Assembly: GCA_035703635.1 (NCBI GenBank)
Contig: DASSXV010000069.1
Location: 1-64,000, forward strand
Direction: 5' to 3'
Source: Trueperaceae bacterium
GTDB lineage: Bacteria; Deinococcota; Deinococci; Deinococcales; Trueperaceae
DNA length: 64,000 nt
Made by a program: the position numbers and the translations under genes. Shown piece after piece: positions 1 to 9,941 of this stretch. How positions within the stretch are numbered: position 1 is the stretch's first letter; every line of letters starts with the position of its first letter. The notes under the pieces were generated by a model that saw nothing but the letters and a program-made list of their open reading frames with translations, was not told the origin of the DNA and ran no database searches.

Positions 1-7
1 CGGGCGG

Positions 8-13
8 TACACT
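8..13 (+). promoter_or_regulatory. -10 box TACACT, probable leaderless promoter of ftsK
   Basis: TACACT 7 nt before the GTG at 21; no Shine-Dalgarno in between. Confidence 0.6.
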
Positions 14-20
14 AGGCACC

Positions 21-3000
21 GTGAAGAAGAAGGCCCGCCAGGACCGCAAGCGAAGTGAGAACCACCGCCTCGACATCGAGGCCGTCGGCCTCGTAGTCCT
101 GACAGCTGGAGCGTTCCTGGCAGGGGTGCTCGTGCCGCAACTTCCGTCGGGTGAGCTTGGCAAGACGGTGAGGGGCGCGCTAGTAGGGCGCCTCGGCATT
201 GGAGCCTACGCGCTGCCGTTGCCGCTCATCGTCATCGGCGCCTTGTTCCTCGTGCGCCGCAACCCGCGCTGGTGGCCGCGCGCGACCAGCGGGTACCTCC
301 TGACCGCGGCTGGTCTGTGGGGTGTGATCGTCGCGGTCGCGCCCGCCGCCGCCGGATCGTGGGGGGCTGGACTCCGTGCCTCGCTTGGCGGCGCCTGGGG
401 CGCGCTCGCAGCGGTGCCCGCCGTGGTTGTCGGCAGCGTCGGCATCGACCTGCTGGCTGGCTGGCCGCCGACCAGGCTCCTCAGGGTGGCGCTCGGTGCC
501 GCCGTCACCGGCATCAAACGCGCATGGCGTTGGCTAGTCACGACGCGCGAGACGGCGAAGCGCCGCGCGGCTTTCCAGGCCGACGTCGCGCAGGCGCGGC
601 GCGCGCTAGTCGAGCTAGGCCGCGACTTGGAGGCGCTCGCGGAGCTCTACCCAGGCAGTCGGGAGCTCGAGCATTGGCGCGACGACGTCAAGGCCTCGCG
701 CGCGCGCCTCGGCGACGCGACCTTGCCTGTGCTGCGCGAGGCGCGCGCCGACCTGGCTGCGTGGCAGGGCGCCGTTGCCGGGTTCGCCAAGGACCGCGCC
801 GCCGACCTGGCGGTGCAAGTCGACTCCGAAGTGAGCCGCGCCCCAGACGGCGGTGACCCCTTCGGCGCCCGCGCCGCCACCTTCGAGGTGTGGGGCGCGG
901 ACGTGAAGCGCTTGCTTGGCGACGCCGTCACCGAGCGCGGCCGCGCGGCCGACGCGCTCGACCGGCTGCGTAAGACGCTCCTGTTGGAAACCACCGCGCT
1001 GCTCGAGCGCAACAAGCGCTTGGCCCGCGAGCGCGACGTCGACAAGCGCGCCCTCAAGGGCATGTCACCACGCCAACTGGCTGGCGCCTCCCAAGCGCAC
1101 CACAAGCGCTTGGCGGAGCTGCGCGCACTCGAGGCCGAGGCTGAGGGCCTCGAGGCTGCCAGTGCGCGCTTCGATGGCTGGCGCCCACTCATGGCCGACT
1201 TGCAGGAGGCGTTGGTTAGCTACCCTGAGCACCCGCTGCTGCTCGACTTCCACGCCACGCTCGCCTCGGAGCTTGACACCAAAGGGCGCAGGCTCCTTGG
1301 CGAGGTAGCCCACGTGCGCGAGGCCCTCGAGGCGGTAGCGCGCCGCGCCGCCGCCGATGCGGAGGAAGCGGCGGTCAAGGAGGCGGCAGACCGGCAGGCG
1401 GCCGAACTGCTCGCTGCGGAACGCGCGGCAGCCGAACGCGCCGCGGCTGAGCGCGCCGAGGCCGTTGAGCTGGAGAGGCGCGAGGCGGCGCAGTACGGGG
1501 AAGAGGACGCCTACGCCGACGAGAACGCCCCACAGGCGTTCACGGCGACGCCGGACGAGCGCGCTCCCGGGCGCGCGGCTGGCGCAGCGCCGGTCGCAGC
1601 GACCGCGCAGTCCAGCTCCCACTCGGCCGTTCAAGTCAGGGACCCGCGCTTGGAACACGCGCTCATCGACGATTCCGAGTTGCCGGCGCAAGGGGCGGCG
1701 GCAGAGACCGCGCCGGAGGCCGGACTCCCAGAGGTCGGCGCCATCCCCATCCAGATCCCACCGCTCGAGCTCCTCGACGAGCCGGAAGCGCCGGCCCTCG
1801 ACCCGCGCGCCACAGCCAACGAGAATTTGGCGCGCGTGCGCCAGATCGACGACACCTTGGGCAGCTTCCGCCTTGGTGGCCGCGTGACTTCGTCCGTGCG
1901 CGGCCCGTCAGTCACGCGCTTCGAGGTCGAGCCGGCGCCCGGTGAGAAGATCAGCCGCTTCTCCAACCTGGCGGACGACCTCGCCCTCGCGATGGCCGTT
2001 GGTTCGGTGCGCATCGAGGCGCCCATCCCAGGGAAGAGCGTCATCGGCCTCGAGGTGCCCAACGCGCACCGCGAACTCGTGCGCTTCCGCGAGGCCGTCG
2101 CCAGCAGTAGTTACCGCCGCTCGAAGGCGCGCATGCCCATCGTGCTCGGCCGCTCCATCGACGGCGACATGATGATCGGCGACCTCACCCGCATGCCGCA
2201 CCTGCTCATCGCAGGATCGACGGGGTCCGGCAAGTCCGTTGCCGTCAACACCCTGATCGCTTCGCTGCTCTACCGCTTCTTGCCGACCGAGATGCGCCTG
2301 CTGATGATCGACCCTAAGATGGTGGAGCTCACGCCGTACGACGGCATCCCTCACTTGCTGCGGCCCGTCGTGACCAACCCGTCGGACGCGGCTGGCGTGC
2401 TCCTCGGCACGGTCGCGCACATGGAGCGGCGCTACAAGATGATGTCCAAGGTCGGGGCCAAGAACCTCGACCAGTACAACGAGAAGGCGCGCAGCCTCGA
2501 CTTGCCGCCACTGCCGTTCATCGCCGTCATCATCGACGAGTTGGCCGACCTGATGATCACGAGCCCCAAGGAGGTCGAGTCCGCCATCATGCGGCTCGCC
2601 CAGATGGCGCGCGCCACCGGCATGCACCTGATCTTGGCGACGCAGCGGCCGTCCGTCGACATCCTTACGAGCCTCATCAAGGTCAACGTCCCTGCGCGCA
2701 TGGCGTTCGCCGTGTCGAGCAGCCACGACTCGCGCACCATCCTCGACTCCATGGGCGCGGAGCGGCTGATCGGCATGGGCGACATGCTCTATTACCAACC
2801 CGGACTCGTGAAGGCCGTCAGGTTGCAGGGGCCGTTCGTCAGCGAGAACGAGATCGGGCGCCTGGCCGACTTCCTGCGCAGGCAGTACTTCGACGACGAC
2901 TTCGGCGAGGCGTACGGCGCGGACTTCGACCCGCCGCCAGCGGACGAGTCGACGGCCACCGGGCTCATCGACTGGAACGACGACAAGTTGAGGACCGCGG

Positions 3001-3191
3001 CAGAGTTGGTCATCAACGAGGGTCAGGCGAGCGTGTCGCGGCTGCAGCGCCGCCTGTCCGTTGGGCATGCGCGCGCAGGCAAGCTCATGGACTCGCTGGA
3101 GGCGCTCGGCGTGGTGGGGCCGCACCAGGGCAGCAAGCCGCGCGACGTACTCGTGCCGTTCGAGGAGCTGCCGAACATCTTCGGAAAATAG
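21..3191 (+). CDS. ftsK: DNA translocase FtsK
   Basis: N-terminal TM helices; Walker [36 protein letters not shown]-terminal gamma domain ([21 protein letters not shown]). Confidence 0.96.
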   Translation: MKKKARQDRKRSENHRLDIEAVGLVVLTAGAFLAGVLVPQLPSGELGKTVRGALVGRLGIGAYALPLPLIVIGALFLVRRNPRWWPRATSGYLLTAAGLWGVIVAVAPAAAGSWGAGLRASLGGAWGALAAVPAVVVGSVGIDLLAGWPPTRLLRVALGAAVTGIKRAWRWLVTTRETAKRRAAFQADVAQARRALVELGRDLEALAELYPGSRELEHWRDDVKASRARLGDATLPVLREARADLAAWQGAVAGFAKDRAADLAVQVDSEVSRAPDGGDPFGARAATFEVWGADVKRLLGDAVTERGRAADALDRLRKTLLLETTALLERNKRLARERDVDKRALKGMSPRQLAGASQAHHKRLAELRALEAEAEGLEAASARFDGWRPLMADLQEALVSYPEHPLLLDFHATLASELDTKGRRLLGEVAHVREALEAVARRAAADAEEAAVKEAADRQAAELLAAERAAAERAAAERAEAVELERREAAQYGEEDAYADENAPQAFTATPDERAPGRAAGAAPVAATAQSSSHSAVQVRDPRLEHALIDDSELPAQGAAAETAPEAGLPEVGAIPIQIPPLELLDEPEAPALDPRATANENLARVRQIDDTLGSFRLGGRVTSSVRGPSVTRFEVEPAPGEKISRFSNLADDLALAMAVGSVRIEAPIPGKSVIGLEVPNAHRELVRFREAVASSSYRRSKARMPIVLGRSIDGDMMIGDLTRMPHLLIAGSTGSGKSVAVNTLIASLLYRFLPTEMRLLMIDPKMVELTPYDGIPHLLRPVVTNPSDAAGVLLGTVAHMERRYKMMSKVGAKNLDQYNEKARSLDLPPLPFIAVIIDELADLMITSPKEVESAIMRLAQMARATGMHLILATQRPSVDILTSLIKVNVPARMAFAVSSSHDSRTILDSMGAERLIGMGDMLYYQPGLVKAVRLQGPFVSENEIGRLADFLRRQYFDDDFGEAYGADFDPPPADESTATGLIDWNDDKLRTAAELVINEGQASVSRLQRRLSVGHARAGKLMDSLEALGVVGPHQGSKPRDVLVPFEELPNIFGK
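1413..1457 (+). repeat. degenerate 15-bp tandem repeat x3 encoding (AAERA)3 in the FtsK linker
   Basis: gctgcggaacgcgcg / gcagccgaacgcgcc / gcggctgagcgcgcc. Confidence 0.7.
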
Positions 3192-3239
3192 GGGTGGCGA
3201 CTAACCGAGACCTCAGCCTTGGTTGGTTACACTTGGCCC

Positions 3240-3731
3240 GTGCGCCTCGTGCTGTTCTACCTCATTCTCATCGTGGCGCAGGGCTTTCTATCCTCGTTGC
3301 TAGCGCCCATTCCGGCGCCGGACTTGTTCCTCCTCGCCGTGCTCACGCTGCTGTGGCGCGTCCAGCCATGGCAGCTCGTGCTCGTGGCGTACGGCGCCGG
3401 CCTGCTACAGGACGTGATGGGCAACGGCGTGCTCGGCACGCACGCCTTCGCGCTCGCCGCCGCCGCCTTGGCCGGTTCGATGGTGCGCGCGCAACTATCC
3501 AACGCTGGCATGTTCGAGCGCATGCTCGTCGTGTTCGTCGCGAGCGTTGGCAAGTGGACCGTCATGCTCGGCGTCATCTGGTGGTTGTCAGGCAGCATGG
3601 GCGGGTTCGGCCGCGCCGGAGCCGTTGCGCTCGTTGAGAGCGCCCTCACCGTGGCAGCTGGGCTGCTGGTGTTGCCGTGGAGCGCTGCCCTCCTAGAGCG
3701 AAGTAGGGTACTGCAGAAAGAACTCCTCTGA
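3240..3731 (+). CDS. mreD: rod shape-determining protein MreD
   Basis: Hydrophobic ~163 aa; PDL motif and GLLQDV..G..G.HA; directly upstream of PBP2. Start moved to GTG 3240 because TACACT (3228-3233) lies 6 nt upstream. Confidence 0.8.
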   Translation: MRLVLFYLILIVAQGFLSSLLAPIPAPDLFLLAVLTLLWRVQPWQLVLVAYGAGLLQDVMGNGVLGTHAFALAAAALAGSMVRAQLSNAGMFERMLVVFVASVGKWTVMLGVIWWLSGSMGGFGRAGAVALVESALTVAAGLLVLPWSAALLERSRVLQKELL

Positions 3732-5524
3732 TGCAGGGGCGCATGAAGGTCCTCCTCGCCGCCGTGCTCACGGTGCTTGCGCTACTTGCCGCTCGCCTCA
3801 TGTACTTGCAACTCGTCATGGTCGATGAGTTCACGGCGCGCTCCATGCAGAACGCCACCCAACAACGCCACATCGTGCCGCTGCGCGGCCGCATCCTGGC
3901 GCGCGACGGCACCGTCCTCGCCGACGACCGCGTGGCATACGACCTCCTCTACCGTGGCGGCCCCATTCCAGACTGGGAGCACTTGGCCGCCCTCCTCGAC
4001 CTGGCGGGCGAACCGCGCCAACCCGACCGCAGCAAGGCGGAAGAGGCGCAGAACGGCACGGTGCTGGCGTGGAACATCCCAGATCAGCTCGTAAGCGCCG
4101 TCGAGGAGCGCGTGGCAGCCAGCCCTAACCTCTACCTCCGCGAGCGCCTCGAGCGCACCTACCCGACTAACCTCGCGGCGCAGACCATCGGCTACACCTC
4201 GCAAGCCGACCCCGCCCGCAACCCTGGCTACTCGAACAACGACCTGGTGGGGGTCATGGGCCTCGAGGCGGGGCTGGAGGACGTCCTATTCGGCGCTGCT
4301 GGCACGCGCCAGGTCGAGGTAGACAACCGCGGGGCGGAGCTTGCGTCGCAGGTCGTGCTGAGCGCCAACCCCGGGCTGGACGTGACCCTCACCCTCGACC
4401 CGCAAGTGCAGCGCCTCGCCGAGGACGTGCTCGCAGGTGCGCTGCAGTACGTGAACACGGACCGCGTGCGCGTGAAACTACCGACGGAGACGGTATTGCG
4501 TGGCGCCATCATCGCGCTCGACCCGCGAACGGGTGAGATCCTCGCGATGGCAAGCGCCCCCTCCTTCGATCAGAACGTCTTCACCCGCAGACCGTCAGAC
4601 CCGGACGCCGTGACCGCCATCCTCACCGACTCGCGGCACATGCCGCTCTCCAACCGCGCCGTCGAGGCGTACGCTCCGGCTTCGACGTTCAAGATCGTCA
4701 CCTCGTCCACCCTGCTCGAGAAGCATTACGTCGGACCCAACACGCAGTACCAATGCTCGGCGAGCTTCACGTTCGGCGGCACGACGTGGCGTAACTGGGA
4801 CACGTACGGCAAGGGCGGCTACACGGTCAAGCAGGCCATCGCAGACAGCTGCAACACCTACTATTGGCACGCCGCCGCCGTAACGCCCGACTTCGGCGTC
4901 GGCTGGGCGCCGCTCATCAGCGACGTCGTCGACCGCGCGCGCGAGTTCGGCTTCGGCGTGCGCCTCGACATCGGGCTGCCGGAGGAGAAGGCTGGCCGCA
5001 TCCCAGACCAAGCTTGGGTGCGGGCGCAACCGCAGTACAACCACGGGTGGCTGCCTGGCTTCACGCTCAACACCATCATCGGGCAGGGCGACGTGCTCAG
5101 CACGCCGCTGCAGATAGCGCAGCTCATCTCTACCGTGGCGATGAACGGTCACGAGGTCGAGCCTTACCTGGTCGCGAAGATCGGCGACGAAGTCCAGGTG
5201 CCCGAGACGCGCGAGGTGCCCGGCGACTACTACTCGACCCTCAAGGAGGGCATGCGCATGATGCTTACGGACTTCCCGTCCCGCAGCATCCTTGGCCCCA
5301 ACGCGTTCCCCGTCAGCGTGGCTGGCAAGACTGGCACGGCCCAAACGCCGCGCGGCGGCGACTACACGCACGCTTGGTTCATGGGGTTCTCACCTTATGA
5401 GGCCCCCGAGGTTGCCGTCGTGGTATTCATCGAGTACGGCGGCTCCAGTTCACGCGTTGCGATCCCCATCGCGCGGGACTTTCTAGCGGGTTACTGGAGA
5501 CTGCATGGCGTGGAGGTGCCGTAA
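3731..5524 (+). CDS. mrdA: class B penicillin-binding protein (PBP2/MrdA-like)
   Basis: N-terminal anchor, RGRILARDG dimerisation domain, SxxK (STFK), SCN, KTG; TGATG overlap with mreD. Confidence 0.88.
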   Translation: MQGRMKVLLAAVLTVLALLAARLMYLQLVMVDEFTARSMQNATQQRHIVPLRGRILARDGTVLADDRVAYDLLYRGGPIPDWEHLAALLDLAGEPRQPDRSKAEEAQNGTVLAWNIPDQLVSAVEERVAASPNLYLRERLERTYPTNLAAQTIGYTSQADPARNPGYSNNDLVGVMGLEAGLEDVLFGAAGTRQVEVDNRGAELASQVVLSANPGLDVTLTLDPQVQRLAEDVLAGALQYVNTDRVRVKLPTETVLRGAIIALDPRTGEILAMASAPSFDQNVFTRRPSDPDAVTAILTDSRHMPLSNRAVEAYAPASTFKIVTSSTLLEKHYVGPNTQYQCSASFTFGGTTWRNWDTYGKGGYTVKQAIADSCNTYYWHAAAVTPDFGVGWAPLISDVVDRAREFGFGVRLDIGLPEEKAGRIPDQAWVRAQPQYNHGWLPGFTLNTIIGQGDVLSTPLQIAQLISTVAMNGHEVEPYLVAKIGDEVQVPETREVPGDYYSTLKEGMRMMLTDFPSRSILGPNAFPVSVAGKTGTAQTPRGGDYTHAWFMGFSPYEAPEVAVVVFIEYGGSSSRVAIPIARDFLAGYWRLHGVEVP

Positions 5525-5529
5525 CAACC

Positions 5530-6096
5530 ATGAAAGCCAGAGGGACCCGTGGCGGAATCCTGCTCAGCCTGGAACCCGGTGACGATGTAGGCAGCGTGGC
5601 TGCCGTCCTCGACGCGCACTCGGAGCTGCTACAAGACAAGGTGTTCGTCGAGATCAGCGAACGCACTACTTACGCCCTCGTCACGGCCATCGCGGGGCGC
5701 GTGAGCGCAGCTGGTGGCGAACTGGTCGACGTGCGGCCCCCTATCTCGGTCATGCAGGCGCGCGGCGAAACGGTCATCGTCGCCCGCACCGTTAGGAGCG
5801 GCGGCAAGGTCGACTCGACCGGCTCCGTCGTCGTGCTCGGCGACGTGAACGCCGGCGCTGAGATATTGGCGAACGACGACATCATCGTCGTAGGCACGCT
5901 GCGCGGGCTGGCGCACGCGGGCGCGAGCGGCAACGAGAAGGCCGTGATCTGGGCCGAGCGCATCATGAGCCCGCAACTGCGCATCGGTAACGCACTCGCG
6001 CAGGCTGGCAGCAACAGCGGCGAGAGTGAAGATGGACCAGAAGTGGCGCACCTCAAGGATGGCGCCATCGTCATCCGGCCGTGGAACACGAACTAA
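5530..6096 (+). CDS. minC: septum site-determining protein MinC
   Basis: RTVRSGGKV, GDVNAGAEI, GTLRGLAHAGA, QLRIG motifs of the MinC C-terminal domain. Confidence 0.92.
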   Translation: MKARGTRGGILLSLEPGDDVGSVAAVLDAHSELLQDKVFVEISERTTYALVTAIAGRVSAAGGELVDVRPPISVMQARGETVIVARTVRSGGKVDSTGSVVVLGDVNAGAEILANDDIIVVGTLRGLAHAGASGNEKAVIWAERIMSPQLRIGNALAQAGSNSGESEDGPEVAHLKDGAIVIRPWNTN

Positions 6097-6115
6097 GCCG
6101 AGTAGGGGGAACAGC

Positions 6116-7288
6116 GTGCAAGACGTAGTCATCACTACCGCAATCCGCACTCCGGTAGGGCGCGCCCACAAGGGCATGCTCAAGGACACGCGCCCAGACG
6201 ACTTGGCCGCACTCGTCATCCGCGCCGCGCTCGAGCGCACTCCCGGGCTGGCTGATGGGCGCATCGATGACGTTCTCATCGGCAACGCTCACCCGGAAGG
6301 GGAGGCGGGCTACAACCTCGCGCGCATCGCCGTCCAGATCGCCGGGTTGCCTGACGCCGTGGCTGGCGTCACGGTCAACCGCTTCTGCGCCTCCGGCCTG
6401 CAGACGATCGTGCAGGGCGTGCACTCCGTTGCCTACGGCATGAACGAAGTCGTGCTCGCCGGCGGTAGCGACTGCACGAGCCGCGTGCCGATGGGCGGTC
6501 ACCACCTATCGCTCAACCGCGAACTCGTGAGGAAGAAGCCGGGCGCTTACCACACCATGGGCCAGACGGCGGAGGAGGTCGCGCGGCGCTACGGGATCAC
6601 CCGCGAGCAACAGGACCGGTTCGCGCTCGCGAGCCACGAGAAGGCCCTGGCGGCGCGGGCGGCTGGGCGCTTCGCGGAGCAGGTCGTGCCCGTCGCAACG
6701 CGCGTCGTTGACGAGGCAGGCGCCTGGCACGACGTCGTGCTCGAGGTCGACGAAGGCCCGCGCGCTGGCTCCAGCCTGGAGAAGCTCGCGACCTTACCGA
6801 CCGTCTTCGCTCAGGACGAAGCCGCGACCGTAACGGCAGGCAACTCAAGCCCTCTGAACGACGGCGCTGCCATGAGCGTCATCATGCGCGCAGAGGAAGC
6901 CAGCGCCCTTGGCCTGAAGCCACTCGCGAAGTTGGTGCAAGCCGCCGTAGTTGGGGTCGAGCCTGAAGTGATGGGCATCGGTCCGGTGCCCGCCATCCGC
7001 AAGCTCCTCGACAAGGTCGGCATGACGCTTGACGACATCGACCTCATCGAGATCAACGAGGCGTTCGCCAGCCAGGCGTACTTCTGCCAGCACGAGTTGG
7101 GCATTCCGGACGAGAAACTCAACGTCAACGGCGGGGCGATCGCCATCGGCCACCCGCTCGGGGCGACTGGGGCGCGCATAGCTGCTGACCTGTTCGCCGA
7201 GATGCACCGCCGCGGCGTCAAGCACGGCATCGTGTCGATGTGCGTTGGTGGCGGGCAGGGGATGGCGGCGCTCTTCAGCCTCGTGTGA
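6116..7288 (+). CDS. acetyl-CoA C-acyltransferase (thiolase)
   Basis: NRFCASG (catalytic Cys), NEAF, GHPLGATG, CVGGGQG; GTG start after AGGGGG. Confidence 0.93.
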   Translation: MQDVVITTAIRTPVGRAHKGMLKDTRPDDLAALVIRAALERTPGLADGRIDDVLIGNAHPEGEAGYNLARIAVQIAGLPDAVAGVTVNRFCASGLQTIVQGVHSVAYGMNEVVLAGGSDCTSRVPMGGHHLSLNRELVRKKPGAYHTMGQTAEEVARRYGITREQQDRFALASHEKALAARAAGRFAEQVVPVATRVVDEAGAWHDVVLEVDEGPRAGSSLEKLATLPTVFAQDEAATVTAGNSSPLNDGAAMSVIMRAEEASALGLKPLAKLVQAAVVGVEPEVMGIGPVPAIRKLLDKVGMTLDDIDLIEINEAFASQAYFCQHELGIPDEKLNVNGGAIAIGHPLGATGARIAADLFAEMHRRGVKHGIVSMCVGGGQGMAALFSLV

Positions 7289-7517
7289 GGGGGTCGTCGC
7301 TCCCGCTAGCGGCCGCGGCGGCTTCCAGCGCCCCGACGACCTGTTCGAGCGGTATGCGGTAAGCGAAGCGCGTGCGCAAGTACCAGAGTTCCAAGATGGC
7401 GGCCAGCTCCGGCGCTGGTGGCGGCGCCGCGCGCCACCCCGGCCTTAGCCGGTCGAGGTAGGTAGCCGCTCGCGTCACGGCCAAGTCGAAGAGTTCGGCC
7501 CGTTGCACCAGGGGCAC
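7275..7517 (-). CDS. small hypothetical protein (80 aa)
   Basis: Fills the gap 20 nt downstream of tyrA on the same strand; protein-like segment LELWYLRTRFAYRIPLEQV. Confidence 0.6.
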   Translation of the reverse strand: MPLVQRAELFDLAVTRAATYLDRLRPGWRAAPPPAPELAAILELWYLRTRFAYRIPLEQVVGALEAAAAASGSDDPLTRG

Positions 7518-7536
7518 GATAACCGGACTGCGGTGG

Positions 7537-8637
7537 CTAGCCGCCGTTGTTGCGGCTGCGCACCTCGTAGCCAGCCTCGCGCAGTGAGGCGGTGCCGCGC
7601 GCTAGCTCCTCGGAGGTCTCGAACGCCAAGCGGATCGCGCCGCCAGCCTCGCGGATGCTGAGGACTTCGATGTCCTTGACGTTGACGTTGGCGTCGCCCA
7701 GCGCGTTCGTTATGCGCGCCAGCTCACCGGGCCTGTCAGGCACGGCGAGCACGACCTCGTGCCGCGCAGGGAGGAGACTGCGCCGCACGATCGGGATGCT
7801 GTCACGCGTGCGCTTGGCCGCCTCGCCCGCGCTGATCAGGGCTTCCGGGTCCTCCAGCAGCCCCTCGAGGCGTTCTAGTTGCCGCCGGTAAGCGCTAAGC
7901 GCGCTGCGCACCGCCTCGCGGTTGCCCGCCAGCATGTCGCGGCTCATCAGCGGGTCGCCGCTGGCGACGCGGGTGAGGTCGCGGAAGCCGCCTGCCGCCA
8001 GCAGCATCATGAGCGAGCGCTCCTCCCCCTCGTCGACCAACGCGGTCAGCGCCACCGCTGCGAGGTACGGCAGGTGGCTGACGGTCGCAACGAGGCGGTC
8101 GTGCTGGGTGGGGCTGACCTCGATCGGCCGCGCCCCTAGCGCCTCGACGAAGGCGCGAACGTGGGCGAGGGCCGCCTTGTCCGTCACGCCCTCCTCGGGA
8201 GTGAGCACCCAGACGGCGTTCTCGAGCAGGGCGGGGTCCGCGTTCAGCACCCCGCCCTTCTCGCTGCCCGCCATGGGGTGGCCGCCAACGAAGCGCGCCC
8301 CCTGCATGCCAGCCACTACTCCACCCTTGGTGCTGCCGACGTCGGTGACGATGGCGTCGGGACGCAAGTGCGGCAGCAACGCCTGACCTAGTGGCACAAG
8401 CGCCCTAGCTGGCGTGGCCAGGATCACCAGGTCGGCTTCCTGCAGCCACGGTCCGGCCTCGAGCTGCGCCTCGTCGATGGCGCCGAGGCCCCGCGCCGCA
8501 TCGAGCACGGTAGCGTCGCGGTCGAGGCCGATGACCTTCTCAGCCAAGAAGCGTTGCCGCGCGCCGAGCGCCACGGAGCCGCCGATCAAACCGACGCCGG
8601 CGACTACGACGGTGCCGAACAGGGGGCTGAGGCGCAC
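7537..8637 (-). CDS. tyrA: prephenate dehydrogenase with C-terminal ACT domain
   Basis: GVGLIGGS, DVGSTK, GGHPMAGSE, HD..VA.VSHLP, GGFRDLTRVA; ACT domain VPDRPGELA. Confidence 0.95.
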   Translation of the reverse strand: MRLSPLFGTVVVAGVGLIGGSVALGARQRFLAEKVIGLDRDATVLDAARGLGAIDEAQLEAGPWLQEADLVILATPARALVPLGQALLPHLRPDAIVTDVGSTKGGVVAGMQGARFVGGHPMAGSEKGGVLNADPALLENAVWVLTPEEGVTDKAALAHVRAFVEALGARPIEVSPTQHDRLVATVSHLPYLAAVALTALVDEGEERSLMMLLAAGGFRDLTRVASGDPLMSRDMLAGNREAVRSALSAYRRQLERLEGLLEDPEALISAGEAAKRTRDSIPIVRRSLLPARHEVVLAVPDRPGELARITNALGDANVNVKDIEVLSIREAGGAIRLAFETSEELARGTASLREAGYEVRSRNNGG

Positions 8638-8640
8638 GGG

Positions 8641-9672
8641 CTAGAGGCTCTTGCCCAACGCAGCGACCACCCCGCGCAGGCGGCCCATGAGCACGCCGAA
8701 CTCGGCGTCGTTGAGCTGCTGCGCGGCGTCCGACTTCGCTTCCTCCGGCTTGGCGTGCACCTCGATGATGAGGCCGTCGGCGCCAGCTGCCGCGCTGGCC
8801 AGGGCGAGGGAAGGCACGAGCGCTCGGCGGCCGGCGGCGTGGCTCGGGTCGACCCATACGGGCAGGTGCGTGAGCTCCTTGAGGACGGGAACGGCGCTGA
8901 CGTCGAGCGTGAAGCGCGTGCTCGTCTCGAACGTCCTGATGCCGCGCTCGCAGAGGATGACGTTCGGGTTGCCTTGGCTGAGGACGTACTCCGCCGCCTG
9001 CAAGAACTCGGAGATCGACGTGCTCATGCCGCGCTTGAAGAGCACCGGCTTGCCCGACTTGCCGACCTCAGCCAGGAGCGCGAAGTTCTGGGTGTTGCGG
9101 GCGCCGATCTGCAGCATGTCTGCGGTAGCGGCGACGGTCTCGACGAGTTCAGGCGCGGTCACTTCGGTGACGATGGGAAGACCGGTCGCCTCACGCGCCT
9201 CCTCCAGGAGCCGCAGTCCCTGCTGGCCGAGGCCTTGGAAGGCGTACGGGCTCGTGCGCGGCTTGTACGCCCCACCGCGCAAGATGGCCGCACCGTGCTT
9301 CTTGACGATGGCAGCTGCGTCTAGGAGCTGCGCTTCGCTTTCTACACCGCAAGGACCTGCCGCGACGACGAACGTGCCGTTGCCCGTAACTACGGCCCCT
9401 GGCCCGGCCTTGCCGATGGTCACGGCGGAGTCGTCGTGGCGGAACTCGCGCGACGCCAGCTTGTACGGCTGCGTGATGCGCATGACGGTGTCGACACCAG
9501 GCAGGGCGCCAAGGTGCTCGCGCACCTCCTCCGTTGGGGCCGGCCCGATGGCGCCGATGAGCGTGCGGGACTCACCCTCGCTGATGTGCGGCGTGAACCC
9601 GAGCGACTTGATCTCGCTGAGGACGCGGTCTAGGTTCTCTTTAGGTGCGTTCTTGGTCATGACGATGACCAT
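8641..9672 (-). CDS. aroF: DAHP synthase type I-beta with N-terminal regulatory domain
   Basis: AGPC, RGGAYKPRTSPY, QIGARN, KRG, CERGIRTFE, DPSHA; ATG 9672 preceded by AGGAG. Confidence 0.95.
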   Translation of the reverse strand: MVIVMTKNAPKENLDRVLSEIKSLGFTPHISEGESRTLIGAIGPAPTEEVREHLGALPGVDTVMRITQPYKLASREFRHDDSAVTIGKAGPGAVVTGNGTFVVAAGPCGVESEAQLLDAAAIVKKHGAAILRGGAYKPRTSPYAFQGLGQQGLRLLEEAREATGLPIVTEVTAPELVETVAATADMLQIGARNTQNFALLAEVGKSGKPVLFKRGMSTSISEFLQAAEYVLSQGNPNVILCERGIRTFETSTRFTLDVSAVPVLKELTHLPVWVDPSHAAGRRALVPSLALASAAAGADGLIIEVHAKPEEAKSDAAQQLNDAEFGVLMGRLRGVVAALGKSL

Positions 9673-9832
9673 GTGGTTACTCCTGGCTGCGCTGCCGTGG
9701 CGCTTGACGCGGTGTTGTTCAGGTGTGGCCAGCTGCCGCACCTCTGCCGCGGGGCGGCACGGGTGACGGCAGGGGGCTGCCGATACTAACGCTCGTTTTG
9801 GATAGGGACCGCCTGCGGGGCCTGACTCGTGG

Positions 9833-9934
9833 TCAGGCGCAGGCTGTTGCTACGGGGGTGAGGTAGAGCGGATACGCGTAGCCATAGTCATAGCCATCGT
9901 CCACGGCACCACCTCCCGGTAGCAAGTTAGTCAT
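9833..9934 (-). CDS. putative Tyr-rich leader peptide of the aroF-tyrA operon (33 aa from ATG 9934, or 23 aa from GTG 9904)
   Basis: MTNLLPGGGAVDDGYDYGYAYPLYLTPVATACA; 5 Tyr in 10 codons; GGAGGT precedes the GTG; lies between the promoter and aroF. Confidence 0.75.
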   Translation of the reverse strand: MTNLLPGGGAVDDGYDYGYAYPLYLTPVATACA

Positions 9935-9941
9935 GGCGGAG

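Noticed and set aside
1908-3125. Long antisense or alternate-frame ORFs (also 8651-9766, 16383-17804, 24516-26126, 46886-48052, 55950-56978)
   Set aside because: Shadows of real high-GC genes; low-complexity translations with no recognisable motifs.
9902-9915. GAGGTGGTGCCGTG (minus strand) resembles the T-box consensus GGTGGNACCGCG upstream of an amino-acid biosynthesis operon
   Set aside because: It lies only about 20 nt from the predicted TSS, leaving no room for Stem I or a specifier loop. The bulge is imperfect and no terminator follows; it is better explained as SD plus GTG of the leader ORF. An Infernal T-box scan would settle it.
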